Assembly (NCBI GenBank): GCA_045594705.1
Contig: JAZNZB010000081.1
Span: 2,932 to 66,931, forward strand
DNA length: 64,000 bases
Direction: 5' to 3'
Origin: Eubacteriales bacterium
Lineage (GTDB): Bacteria; Bacillota; Clostridia; Oscillospirales; CAG-272
Part shown: piece after piece, positions 11,565-21,165 of the stretch
How the letters are laid out: every line of letters begins with the position of its first letter
How positions within the stretch are numbered: the stretch's first letter is position 1
Translations under genes and position numbers: made by a program
Notes under the pieces: generated by a model
Databases searched by the model: none
The model's input: the letters and a program-made list of their open reading frames with translations, nothing else
Told to the model about the DNA's origin: nothing

Positions 11565-12803
11565 GTGAAGCAAATAGATCAATTCCTGCCCGCATCCGTT
11601 GACAATCACCGTGTGTGGGCTCATATCGACCTTGACGCATTGGTCAATAACTACGTCGTTTCCAAAAATTACATACAAGAGCAAAACCCCGACTCGGTCG
11701 CCATTGCGGTCATCAAGGCAGATGCCTACGGGCATGGCATTGAGCCTTGTGCATGCGCGCTGTACCGTGCAGGCTGCCGCCATTTTGCCGTGGCATCTGC
11801 AGAAGAAGGCGTTGCTATCAGACAGGCACTTGCTGATTTTGAAAAGACCGAGAATCAGGTCTCCGAGGTTCTGATCCTTGGCTACACAAACCCTGCATAC
11901 GCCGCGCTGTTACATCAGCATCACTTGACACAGACACTGTTTTCCCCTGAATTTGCAAGGGATTTGCATGTGTCCGCCAAGGCAGCGGGCGTCAAGCTTG
12001 CCGTGCACGTCAAGGTGGATACCGGGATGCACCGTATCGGCTATCCCGCCTTTACCCCCGAGCAGGCTGCCGAAACCGTGGAAGCAGTGTGCGCTCTGAC
12101 CGACAGCTGCGACGCCTTTGACGTTTGCGGACTGTTTACCCATCTCTCCGACGCTGATTGCGGTAACTTCTGCTACGAGCAGTGGCAGCGATTTCTCTCT
12201 GTCAAGCAAGGCCTTGAGGCGCGCGGTAAATGCCCGCCCGTATGCCACGCATGCAATAGCCCCGGCTGTATGCGCTATCCCGAGACATACCTCGACGGTG
12301 TTCGCATCGGTGCGTTACTCTTCGGCGTAGCTCCCGTCATCCCCCCGGAAGTCGACAGAAATCCCGGGTGCAATCTTTTTCCTGCAGAGCAGCTGCTCCC
12401 GGTCATGCGTCTGCAAACAAAAATCATTCAGCTCCACAAGGTTGCCGCGGGCGAGCCTGTGGGATACGGTGCACTTTACCGCGCCGAGCGTGAGAGAACC
12501 GTTGCCACGCTCTCGGCAGGATATGCGGACGGCTGGCGTCGCTCATATGCCGACACAGACGTAACCGTGCACACAGCCATGGGCGACAGGACCGCGCGCA
12601 TGGTTGGCCGTATTTGCATGGATCTTTGCATGATCGACGTCACCGACCTGCCATGCAAGGTTGGCGACGTGGTCACCTTGTTCGGCAACGACGTGCAGTC
12701 GCTCGCCTCGCTTGCCAAGCACGCAAATTCGATCGCATACGAGGTTCCCTGCCTTGTCACTGCGCGCGTACCTCGCATTTACCATCAAGATCAGGAATTA
12801 TAA
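11565..12803 (+). CDS. alr: Alanine racemase
   Basis: VIKADAYGHG, HVKVDTGMHRIG, GRICMD; GTG start after AGGAGG. Confidence 0.96.
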   Translation: MKQIDQFLPASVDNHRVWAHIDLDALVNNYVVSKNYIQEQNPDSVAIAVIKADAYGHGIEPCACALYRAGCRHFAVASAEEGVAIRQALADFEKTENQVSEVLILGYTNPAYAALLHQHHLTQTLFSPEFARDLHVSAKAAGVKLAVHVKVDTGMHRIGYPAFTPEQAAETVEAVCALTDSCDAFDVCGLFTHLSDADCGNFCYEQWQRFLSVKQGLEARGKCPPVCHACNSPGCMRYPETYLDGVRIGALLFGVAPVIPPEVDRNPGCNLFPAEQLLPVMRLQTKIIQLHKVAAGEPVGYGALYRAERERTVATLSAGYADGWRRSYADTDVTVHTAMGDRTARMVGRICMDLCMIDVTDLPCKVGDVVTLFGNDVQSLASLAKHANSIAYEVPCLVTARVPRIYHQDQEL

Positions 12804-12824
12804 AGCTCAATTTGGAGGAAAAGT

Positions 12825-15206
12825 ATGAAAAAAACGTTGTCCATTCTCAGTATCGCCTTTGTGCTTCTGCTGCTGACGCTCACATTGACTGCTTGCGGCG
12901 ATAAGGTCGAGGTGACAGAGAGCTGCGTGACTGACGTCACCTTGAACAAAAAAGGAACAGAGATCTCTGTCAAGGCCGCGCTGACCGAGGCAGATCTGGA
13001 AACCTTCAAGAACACGAGCATTTATACGCAAAAGCTCTATCTGATGGCGCTTGAGCCCGGAGAGACCACAGAGGATCTTGCGGGCAAAAAGCCTGTGGCA
13101 GAGAGCAGCATGTCCACCTCGCCCAAGTTCTCGCTTTCTCTTTACGCCGAGGGCAATCTGCAGGCACACTCCCGCCTGCACTGCGCTTTTGCCGTTGCGG
13201 TTTACAATAAAACCTTGGATTCCTACGTGCTTCTGACCTCGCCCGTATACGTCTCCAACGTATCCGACCTGGCTGAGAACACCGCGGATTTCCCAAAGGC
13301 AGATTCGATCAAGGGTCTGCATGCAACCGTTTCCTCGGATGCTGCGTATCTCGGTATCTCGCACGCGGTCGTCGAGCTTGACCCCTCGGTGCTGATCCTT
13401 GATGCCTATACCGACAGTGCGATCTCATACGTGTACGACGGACAGACCTATTATCTGGACCGCGGCGCGCTTGAGACACTGGACAAGCAGGTCACCGAAT
13501 ATACGGCACAGGGTGCGATCGTTTATCTGCGCCTGCGCATGCGCACTGCTCCCGACAAGGCCAATTCTCTGGTCTCCTGCCTGTATGCAGTCAGTGAACC
13601 CGCAAGCAAGGCACGCGCCTATGGCATCTGGATGGATGACGAGCAAAGCGCCTCGCTGATGGCCGGCTTCCTTGATTTCATCACCGACCGATACACCGAT
13701 CCTTCGGGACAGCACGGCTTTTGCGGTGCACTGATCGTCGGCCGCAGCGTCAACGAGGCAAGCTCCAACAACTACGTAGGCTCTGTGGAATTTGATCAAT
13801 ACGTTTCCCGCTATCAAGCACTTGTGCGCCTGGCGCATTCCACGCTCAAATCCCACTATGCAAACGGTCGCGTATACGTATCCGTCAGCAACAACCTGGC
13901 CGATACCAAATCTCTTTCCTCCAAAACCGATTGGACGACCCATTACTTTTTGGACCAATTCAATATTGAATCCGCCTACAGCGGCAGCTTTGACTGGAGC
14001 GTAGCCGTTTCCGCCTATGCCTACGGCACGGGCAACGCAGACCCCACGTGGTCGGAGGAGAACGCAAGCGCGCTCAAGCTTTCCCCCGCTCACTTCTCTG
14101 ATTTTACCTGGATGGCTGATCCCGATCACTACTACGAAGGCAGCCGCCGCCACGCCATCATCAGCGACTTTGAGGTTGCCCCGGGCAAGAGCCAGCAGGA
14201 GCAGGCAGCATCCTATGCATATGCCTATTACAAGGTGCTGGAAAACGGCCACGTGGATGCGCTGATCTATTCAGCACACACCGACGCGCAAAGCCTGATT
14301 TCGGACTCCGGTCTCTGGGATACCGACAACAAGGGCGTTATGACCGAGCGTCGCGCACTCTACAACGTTTTTATGACCATTGACACCAAGGACACCTCTG
14401 CGCTGGATGCCATCGGCATTTCCTCTGCAGTCCCCGGCTGGAACTCTCTTTACAGCGCACAGTCCGCCAAGGCCGCTACACGTCGGTTTGTGACCGGCGC
14501 GGACGTCACAGGTGCTCCCTCCTCCAAGAGTCGCGTGCTCTTCTCCTTTACCGATGGCACGACCTGCAGCTTTACTCCCTCCGAGGGCATTTCTTACCTG
14601 GAGCTCAGCCGCAATGCCGCTCTTGGCTGGCCGGTACTCAACGCGCATCTGAATTACATGCAGCCGCAGACCTATACGGGCATTTCCAATACCACGCTGC
14701 AGGGCTCGGATATCAAGGGCATCAAGACGCTGGCACTGACTCTTTGCGCAGATGCAGATACCGAGGCTCCGGTCAGTCTCAAGCTGCGACTGGTCAAGCA
14801 GGGCTCGTCCACAGTCTCTGCAGGCAACGAGCAGGTGGTTTACGAGGAGGTCACCGAAATTGCCGCTAACACCTGGCAGATCGTATACTTTGACGTCTCC
14901 GAATTCACCTCCCTGGTAGACGGAGATGATCCCATCACCGTTTCGATCCAGCTCAAAGCTCCCGAGCTTGAAGAAGAAGGCTCTTGCACGTTGCTTTTGG
15001 ACCGTGTGGAGATGTACGGCTCGGTCGGCGTTCAGTTCTACGAATGGATCATTATCATCGTCTCGGTGCTGGCAGTGCTTGCATTGATCGCAGGTCTTGT
15101 CTATCTCCTCTATCGCAAATACGGTGCGCCTGCCATCATTGCCAATATCTTCTGGAACGTCTCCAAGGGCAAGATCAAGCTGCGCCGCTATAAAAAGACG
15201 AGGTAA
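12825..15206 (+). CDS. Lipoprotein with a DUF5722-like glycoside-hydrolase-type barrel and a C-terminal TM anchor
   Basis: Lipobox LTAC; SIKGL and QAASYAYAYYK motifs recalled from DUF5722 proteins; C-terminal hydrophobic helix and basic tail. Confidence 0.6.
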   Translation: MKKTLSILSIAFVLLLLTLTLTACGDKVEVTESCVTDVTLNKKGTEISVKAALTEADLETFKNTSIYTQKLYLMALEPGETTEDLAGKKPVAESSMSTSPKFSLSLYAEGNLQAHSRLHCAFAVAVYNKTLDSYVLLTSPVYVSNVSDLAENTADFPKADSIKGLHATVSSDAAYLGISHAVVELDPSVLILDAYTDSAISYVYDGQTYYLDRGALETLDKQVTEYTAQGAIVYLRLRMRTAPDKANSLVSCLYAVSEPASKARAYGIWMDDEQSASLMAGFLDFITDRYTDPSGQHGFCGALIVGRSVNEASSNNYVGSVEFDQYVSRYQALVRLAHSTLKSHYANGRVYVSVSNNLADTKSLSSKTDWTTHYFLDQFNIESAYSGSFDWSVAVSAYAYGTGNADPTWSEENASALKLSPAHFSDFTWMADPDHYYEGSRRHAIISDFEVAPGKSQQEQAASYAYAYYKVLENGHVDALIYSAHTDAQSLISDSGLWDTDNKGVMTERRALYNVFMTIDTKDTSALDAIGISSAVPGWNSLYSAQSAKAATRRFVTGADVTGAPSSKSRVLFSFTDGTTCSFTPSEGISYLELSRNAALGWPVLNAHLNYMQPQTYTGISNTTLQGSDIKGIKTLALTLCADADTEAPVSLKLRLVKQGSSTVSAGNEQVVYEEVTEIAANTWQIVYFDVSEFTSLVDGDDPITVSIQLKAPELEEEGSCTLLLDRVEMYGSVGVQFYEWIIIIVSVLAVLALIAGLVYLLYRKYGAPAIIANIFWNVSKGKIKLRRYKKTR

Positions 15207-15211
15207 TTGCG

Positions 15212-16060
15212 ATGGGTGCCATGTACGAAAACAAAAAGGGCGACTTTTCCTGTCGCAACGCGCTCTCCGGCCGATATCCGCTTGCGTTCGGTGCGCACCT
15301 GCACTATCACCTGGAAATGGTGTATATGCTGGAGGGCTGCACCACCTGCACGGTGGATACCGGAGAATACACCATCGAAAGCGGTGACGTGCTGCTGGTT
15401 TTTCCCAACCAAGTGCACCGCTACGACCCTGCAGAAAAGGAAAAGTACCTTTTATTCATCATCAATCCCGATCTTTTGCCCGAGCTTTCCCGCAGCTTTT
15501 CGGGTGCTGCCCCTATCAGTCCCATTGTGCGCGGTGTGGGTAATGACCCTTACATGCACGAGCTGCTCATGACACTCTCGCACACCGAGGACATGCCCGC
15601 CGACTACCGCGACGCCATTACCAAGGGCTATCTGCTCGCCTTCTTCGGTGAGCTTCTCTCCCGCATGACCTTCCGCGAGAGCAATCAAACGGATTCTGTA
15701 ACGCTGCGCTCCATCGTTTCCTTCTGTGCACAGAATTACAGCCGCGAGCTGACACTGAGCACGCTGGAAGAGGAGCTGCACTTGAGTAAATACTATATCT
15801 CTCACCTGTTTGGAAGCAAAATCGGTACGGGCTTTAACGACTACATCAACGCCCTGCGCGTTTCCGAGGCCTGCCGATACCTGCGCAGGACCAACAAAAG
15901 CATCACCGAAATTTCCACATTGGTAGGCTTTGGCACGCTGCGCACCTTTAACCGCGCCTTTATCAAACAGGTGGGCATGTCGCCCAGTGAATACCGTAAA
16001 ACCGCCCCGGGCGGAAACGAACCCGAGCGAATTGGGATGGAGGTGACGGAAAATGCCTGA
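15212..16060 (+). CDS. AraC-family transcriptional regulator with a cupin domain
   Basis: HLHYHLEM and FPNQVH cupin motifs; C-terminal HTH ITEISTLVGFGTLRTFNRAF. Confidence 0.92.
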   Translation: MGAMYENKKGDFSCRNALSGRYPLAFGAHLHYHLEMVYMLEGCTTCTVDTGEYTIESGDVLLVFPNQVHRYDPAEKEKYLLFIINPDLLPELSRSFSGAAPISPIVRGVGNDPYMHELLMTLSHTEDMPADYRDAITKGYLLAFFGELLSRMTFRESNQTDSVTLRSIVSFCAQNYSRELTLSTLEEELHLSKYYISHLFGSKIGTGFNDYINALRVSEACRYLRRTNKSITEISTLVGFGTLRTFNRAFIKQVGMSPSEYRKTAPGGNEPERIGMEVTENA

Positions 16061-16967
16061 TTTGAAAAGAAAATCTCACGATAAGCTGCTAACAGTTTTG
16101 AAAAACTATCTGCTCCTGACCGTTGGATCCGTGATCTACGCCATCGGCATTGCCGCCTTTCTCGATCCCAACCATTTGGCCCCCGGCGGTGTTTCGGGTA
16201 TCTCGATCATTCTCAACAGCCTGGTCCGATTCGGTGAATTCCAGCTTGGTACGGGTGTCTGGATCTTTTTGATCAACATCCCTTTGATGATCCTTGGTCT
16301 GATCGTATTCAAATTCAGCTTTCTGATGGGCACGCTGTATGCAACCGCGCTCTCCTCGGCCGTGATTGAGTTGGTTGCGCGAGGCTTTTCGCATCTGATC
16401 CCCGACATGCACGATCATTTGCTGATCGCTGCAGCAGCCGGCGGTACGCTGGTAGCTCTTGGCATCGGCCTTGTATTCCGTGGCGGCGGATCGACCGGCG
16501 GCTTTGATATCATCGTCAAGCTGCTGCGCAGAAAGTTCCGTCACATGAAAACGGGTGTGCTGTATCTGGTGCTGGACACGAGTGTGATCGTGATCTCCGC
16601 GATCGTGTTCCACGACGTTCTGGTCGCTATGTATGCTGCCGTCACCGTATTTACCAACTCCACCGTGCTGGATATGGTGCTTTACGGAAAGGATAACGCC
16701 AAGATGGTGTATATTATCACCGACTCCCCCGAGGCTGTTTCCGAACGTCTGATGAAAGAGGTGGAAACAGGCGTCACGCTTTTGCACGGTGAGGGTGCTT
16801 ACACAAGAAAGGACAAAAAGGTGCTTTTGTGCGTGCTGCACAATCACCAGTATCCCCTGGTGCGCGACGTGGTCAAGCAGGAGGACAAGCACGCCTTCCT
16901 GATCGTGACCAAAGCAACCGAAATTTATGGCGAGGGATATAAAAACCCATACGCCGAAGAGCTTTGA
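16053..16967 (+). CDS. YitT-family membrane protein (DUF161/DUF2179)
   Basis: LAPGGVSG, GGSTGGFDI, GEGAYT...D..AF motifs. Confidence 0.9.
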   Translation: MPDLKRKSHDKLLTVLKNYLLLTVGSVIYAIGIAAFLDPNHLAPGGVSGISIILNSLVRFGEFQLGTGVWIFLINIPLMILGLIVFKFSFLMGTLYATALSSAVIELVARGFSHLIPDMHDHLLIAAAAGGTLVALGIGLVFRGGGSTGGFDIIVKLLRRKFRHMKTGVLYLVLDTSVIVISAIVFHDVLVAMYAAVTVFTNSTVLDMVLYGKDNAKMVYIITDSPEAVSERLMKEVETGVTLLHGEGAYTRKDKKVLLCVLHNHQYPLVRDVVKQEDKHAFLIVTKATEIYGEGYKNPYAEEL

Positions 16968-16975
16968 TATTATCT

Positions 16976-17004
16976 AAAAATGCTGCCCTCGGGCAGCATT
17001 TTTT
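16976..17004 (+). terminator. Intrinsic terminator after the YitT gene
   Basis: AAAAATGCTGCCC-tc-GGGCAGCATTTTTT. Confidence 0.8.
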
Positions 17005-17035
17005 ATTCCTGCCCACGGGGATAATGCGTAAAACA

Positions 17036-17314
17036 CGGATGCGCGCTGAAAAGGCGTCCCCGAAGGGGAAGAGGACCCGCAGCGAAATGAAACGCAGTGG
17101 AATGAGCGACCGCGGGAAAAGGGGCTGTGTATACAAATTGGAAAAGAAAAAATGCAACGTAACTCCTATGAGTTTTGGGCTAACAAAGCTAACAAATATA
17201 TTACTGTTCCAATCTCATCGCACGGCCCCTTTTCCCGCGGCCGCTTGCGTCGCTGTGCTCTGCTGCGCTGCGGGTCCTCTTCCCCTTCGGGGACGCCTTT
17301 TCAGCGCGCATCCG
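17036..17314. mobile_element. Long imperfect inverted-repeat element (MITE/REPIN-like), about 94-bp arms
   Basis: 17036-17129 is largely the reverse complement of 17221-17314, with an AT-rich spacer. Confidence 0.65.
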
Positions 17315-17330
17315 CATCATTCGCTCACCC

Positions 17331-17426
17331 CAATCATTTACAAAGATCCCCCAATTCGCATCTTACCGTCCGCAATTTGCAGGATAGGTCAAATCGCTTG
17401 ACTTTGCTTTTTTGGCCTTGTATAAT
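17331..17426 (+). promoter_or_regulatory. LytTR-type direct repeats plus a SigA promoter
   Basis: CAATTCGCA (17352) and CAATTTGCA (17373) 21 bp apart, weaker CAATCATTT at 17331; TTGACT-17 bp-TATAAT at 17398-17426. Confidence 0.65.
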
Positions 17427-17456
17427 GAAACCACCAAAGAGAACGGAGGGGCAGAC

Positions 17457-17894
17457 TTGAAAATCACAATTCACGAGGATCCGAGCATCACGGAAACCGA
17501 AATACTGATCAAATGCGCACAAATGACCGACGAGCTAAGAGATATGATTGCCGGCATGGGGCTTGTCGGACACACCTTTGCCGGTGAGCGACAAGGGGAA
17601 ACGTTTTTTATTCCGATTAAGGATATTTTCTACTTTGAATCGGTGGACGGAGAGATCTTTTTCTACACCGAAAAGCAGACGTATAAATCCACAGCCAAGC
17701 TTTACCAGATCGAGCAAAGTCTGCAAAATCTGAAATTTGCGCGGATCTCCAAAACGGTCATCGCGAGCCTTAGCAAAATGCGAAGCATCAAAAATTCCGA
17801 AAACAGCCGTCTGATCGCAACACTGACAAATGACGAAAAACTGCTTGTTTCCAGGCAGTATGTGTCCGAAATCAAGAGAAAGCTGGGGGTGTAA
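17457..17894 (+). CDS. Stand-alone LytTR-domain regulator
   Basis: IFYFES, FARISKTVI, L.NDEKLLVSRQYV motifs; TTG start after GGAGG. Confidence 0.9.
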   Translation: MKITIHEDPSITETEILIKCAQMTDELRDMIAGMGLVGHTFAGERQGETFFIPIKDIFYFESVDGEIFFYTEKQTYKSTAKLYQIEQSLQNLKFARISKTVIASLSKMRSIKNSENSRLIATLTNDEKLLVSRQYVSEIKRKLGV

Positions 17895-17897
17895 GGT

Positions 17898-18317
17898 ATG
17901 AATATCGGAAAAAAATACTGGGATTCATTTATCAAAATGATGGGATGTTGCGCCATTTTATTTACCGTTTTGTCATTGGCCTTCTCTCAAATCGTACAAG
18001 TCAAATATTTACACATGATGTTAGCGGTCGCCATCCCCATCCATCTGTTTTCGTTTTTCACGTTTGAGCTCAGACTGTTTTCGAAACATCTGTGGATCAG
18101 GCGCTTTATTGCCATTGGCTTTAGCATGTTTTCTATGATCTTTGTAAATCTCGCGTTCAACGGATTCCGCCCAAGCCGTGAACTTCTCATTGCACTTGGT
18201 GTTCTGCTGGCATTATATATCCCCTTAATGGTTTTGATCTATTATATTTTAGATAAGATTGAAAAGCGTAATCTGGAGCTCATCAATCAAAAACTTGCGG
18301 ATGAGAATGAAAAATAA
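17898..18317 (+). CDS. DUF3021-like membrane protein (partner of the LytTR regulator)
   Basis: Four TM segments, C-terminal INQKL; 3 bp downstream of the LytTR gene. Confidence 0.7.
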   Translation: MNIGKKYWDSFIKMMGCCAILFTVLSLAFSQIVQVKYLHMMLAVAIPIHLFSFFTFELRLFSKHLWIRRFIAIGFSMFSMIFVNLAFNGFRPSRELLIALGVLLALYIPLMVLIYYILDKIEKRNLELINQKLADENEK

Positions 18318-18416
18318 AATTGCAACAAAAGCCAAGCAAAAAAGGAGAAATTTTCCTACGAAAGGTTGATGCATAGCACAAAACACATCATCCGTGCTCG
18401 GGCTTCATTTATATCC

Positions 18417-18520
18417 GCAGGGGACGGCGCCCTCGACGTCCCGCGCATACACGAACTAACTAATGCTTAGCGAAAAGTTAGTTGCCGCTGGCTCGGGACG
18501 TCGAGGGCGCCGTCCCCTGC
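18417..18520. repeat. REP doublet (GCAG variant)
   Basis: GCAGGGGACGGCGCCCTCGACGTCCCG (18417-18443) and its exact reverse complement (18494-18520). Confidence 0.8.
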
Positions 18521-18568
18521 AGGTGTTTATGTTGAAATTTTGCTCCCTGCGTTCTTCATTCTGCATTC

Positions 18569-18609
18569 TAAAAACGCCGTCCGCACTTATGTGCGGGCGG
18601 CGTTTTTTT
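18569..18609. terminator. Bidirectional intrinsic terminator
   Basis: AAAAACGCCGTCCGCAC-ttat-GTGCGGGCGGCGTTTTTTT. Confidence 0.75.
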
Positions 18610-18611
18610 GC

Positions 18612-18836
18612 TCACATCTCTTCCGGCTGCTCGAAGGTATCTCTGACACGGAAGACCAGAGAGATACACCAAAGCGCGGCAAGCGCAACCACCACGTAAA
18701 CGATACGCGACAAGATAGCGCCCTGCCCGCCAAACAGCCATGCGACCGCATCAAACCCGAAAAGACCGATGCTGCCCCAGTTCAAACCACCAATGGCGGC
18801 TACGATCAGGGCGATTCTATCAAGAATAGGCATCAT
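18612..18836 (-). CDS. DUF378 family small membrane protein (YuzA-like)
   Basis: IGGLNWG.IG.FGFD.VA..FGG...SRIVY motif. Confidence 0.9.
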   Translation of the reverse strand: MMPILDRIALIVAAIGGLNWGSIGLFGFDAVAWLFGGQGAILSRIVYVVVALAALWCISLVFRVRDTFEQPEEM

Positions 18837-18881
18837 AATATTATTCTCCTATTTACTTCATATTTGGATGATATCCGTTCA

Positions 18882-18910
18882 TAGTTTGCCCACCTGTGCC
18901 GTTTTTATGC
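18882..18910 (-). promoter_or_regulatory. Forespore SigF/SigG-like promoter for the DUF378 gene
   Basis: Minus strand GCATA-N14-GGGCAAACTA. Confidence 0.45.
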
Positions 18911-18974
18911 CAAAATTCTTGAAAGCGCAATAAATATCTTGGCATCGACACACAATATTTAGAAAATGTACCGA

Positions 18975-19003
18975 TTGACACAGGTAAAAAACTGTGATAT
19001 ACT
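18975..19003 (+). promoter_or_regulatory. SigA promoter for lysS
   Basis: TTGACA-17 bp-TATACT with an extended TG. Confidence 0.75.
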
Positions 19004-19055
19004 ATAATGGATAAAGTATGTATACATTCAATTCTTGATAAAAGGAGACCTAACT

Positions 19056-21119
19056 ATGCATTGGTCAGAAGAAATTGCAAAAAAGATCATCGCGCAAAAT
19101 CCTGACAAGGATGAATACGTTTGCGCTGCCGGTGTTTCTCCCTCCGGCTCTGTTCACATTGGTAACTTCCGCGATCTGGCAACGCCCCTGTTCGTTGTCA
19201 AGGCTCTTGAAAAAGAGGGTAAGAAGGCCAAGCTTCTGATTTCCTGGGACGAATACGACCGTTGCCGTAAGATCCCTGCCAACGTGCAGGCCGTGGTTGG
19301 CAACACCTACGACAAATACATCGGCTGCCCTTACGTGGACATTCCCGATCCCTGGGGCTGCCACGAAAACTACGCAAAGCACTTTGAGGAAGAATTTCTC
19401 AAGGGTATCGAGCCCTTCGGCATCAAGCTGGACTGCCGCTACCAGGCAGACCTGTATCGCTCGGGCGCATATGCAGACGCCATTCTCGAGTCCATTCAGA
19501 AGAGAGGCGAGATCTTTGAGATCCTTGACTCCTTCAAGACCAAGGACAAGAGCAAGAGCGAGGAGCAGCTCAAGGCTGAGCACGACGCTGAAAAAGCAGC
19601 ATACAGCCCCGTAAGCATTTTCTGTGACGCTTGCCACACCGACTTTACCACCATCACCGCCTTCTCCGCTGACGGTACCGAGGCAGACTACACCTGTCGC
19701 TGCGGTCACGCAGGCCACTTCAACTTCCTTGAAAACCACAACTGCAAGCTGGGCTGGAAGGTTGACTGGGCCATGAGATGGAGACACGAGGGCGTTGACT
19801 TTGAGCCCGGCGGAAAGGATCACTCCGCACCCACCGGCTCTTACAACAACTCCAAGCAGATTGCAAAGAAGGTATTCGGCCATCAGGCACCCCTGTACCA
19901 GGGCTATGAATTCATCGGCATCAAGGGCTTGGCCGGCAAGATGTCCTCTTCCTCGGGCATCAATCTGACCCCCGAGACCATGCTCAAGCTGTATCAGCCC
20001 GAGGTACTGCTCTGGCTGTACGCCAAGACCGATCCCGTCAAGGCGTTCGACATCTGCTTTGACGACGGCATTCTGCGCCAGTACTTTGAGTTTGACAAGA
20101 TGCTCAACGATTGGAGAGAGGGCAAGGCAAACGAAGCGACCGCCTCCATTATGGAAAAGTGCATGATCGAGGGCAGATACGTCGAAACCGTTCCCATGAG
20201 TTTGCTTGTACAGCTTGGCTCGATCGTGGACTTCAACGTGCCGCTCCTGGAAACCGTATTTGAAAAGATCGGTATGCCCTACAAGTACGAGCAGTTTGCC
20301 GACAGACTCCAGCGCGCAAAGTTCTGGCTGGAGCAGTGCGCACCCGAGCAGGTCAACCGTCTGCGCACGACCCGTAACTTTGAGGTTTACGAGCAGCTCT
20401 CCGAGCAGGAAAAGAAGCAGATCGCGCTGCTCCACGACGTGATCGCCAAGGGCGGATATACGCTGGATGAGCTCAATACCGCCATTTACGATATTCCCAA
20501 GCAGGTTTACCCCGAGCTGGCAGACTCCAAGGAGCTGCGCAGCATTCAGGGCAACTTCTTCAAGACCGTTTACAAGCTGCTGATCGATAAGGAGCAGGGC
20601 CCCAGACTTTACCTCTTCCTGTACGCCATTGACGCGGACAAGTACGTAGGCCTTTTGGACTTCTCCTATCCCAAGACCGAGGCAGAGATCCTTGCCGAAA
20701 AGGCATGCGAGGTATGCGAGACTCCCGCAGAGGAAACGCCCGCACAGCCCGAAGCACCCAGAGGCGAGCCCGATCCCGTACAGCCCGTCAAGGAGCAGGT
20801 CACCATCGAAGACTTTGACAAGCTGGATCTGCGCGTTTGCAAGATCCTCAAGGCAGAGACACTGCGTAAATCCAACGCGTGCCTCAAGCTGACCTTGGAC
20901 GACGGCATTGGTGAGAGAGTCATCATGTCCTCGATCAAGGCAGAGTACACGCCCGAATCCATCATCGGCAAGAAGATCATCGTCATTGCGAACCTCAAGC
21001 CGAACAGAATTTGCAACATCAATTCTCAGGGCATGCTGCTGGCCGCAACCAACAACGCCTGCGGCTGCAAGGTCATTTTCGTTGATGACAGCGTTCCCAC
21101 CGGCACGCAGATTCATTAA
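19056..21119 (+). CDS. lysS: Class I lysyl-tRNA synthetase with a C-terminal tRNA-binding OB-fold (Trbp111/MetRS-C type) domain
   Basis: SPSGSVHIGN (HIGH-like), KLGWKVDWAMRW, FEPGGKDH, KMSSS, QGPRL; C-terminal IEDFDKLDLRV...ANLKP...SQGMLLAA. Confidence 0.92.
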   Translation: MHWSEEIAKKIIAQNPDKDEYVCAAGVSPSGSVHIGNFRDLATPLFVVKALEKEGKKAKLLISWDEYDRCRKIPANVQAVVGNTYDKYIGCPYVDIPDPWGCHENYAKHFEEEFLKGIEPFGIKLDCRYQADLYRSGAYADAILESIQKRGEIFEILDSFKTKDKSKSEEQLKAEHDAEKAAYSPVSIFCDACHTDFTTITAFSADGTEADYTCRCGHAGHFNFLENHNCKLGWKVDWAMRWRHEGVDFEPGGKDHSAPTGSYNNSKQIAKKVFGHQAPLYQGYEFIGIKGLAGKMSSSSGINLTPETMLKLYQPEVLLWLYAKTDPVKAFDICFDDGILRQYFEFDKMLNDWREGKANEATASIMEKCMIEGRYVETVPMSLLVQLGSIVDFNVPLLETVFEKIGMPYKYEQFADRLQRAKFWLEQCAPEQVNRLRTTRNFEVYEQLSEQEKKQIALLHDVIAKGGYTLDELNTAIYDIPKQVYPELADSKELRSIQGNFFKTVYKLLIDKEQGPRLYLFLYAIDADKYVGLLDFSYPKTEAEILAEKACEVCETPAEETPAQPEAPRGEPDPVQPVKEQVTIEDFDKLDLRVCKILKAETLRKSNACLKLTLDDGIGERVIMSSIKAEYTPESIIGKKIIVIANLKPNRICNINSQGMLLAATNNACGCKVIFVDDSVPTGTQIH

Positions 21120-21125
21120 AAATAT

Positions 21126-21156
21126 CAGGGTTAAGCATTGCTTAGCCCTGTTTTTT
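21126..21156 (+). terminator. Intrinsic terminator after lysS
   Basis: CAGGGTTAAGC-att-GCTTAGCCCTG followed by TTTTTT. Confidence 0.8.
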
Positions 21157-21165
21157 ACCATTTTG

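Noticed and set aside
16964..17460. ORFs of 145 and 102 aa across the foldback element, and small ORFs over the REP and MITE regions
   Set aside because: No RBS or homology cues; they arise from GC-rich repeats.
18900..19055. T-box leader for lysS (and likewise for serS)
   Set aside because: No AGGGTGGNACCGCG T-box sequence and no space for one; serS starts 22 bp after parB.
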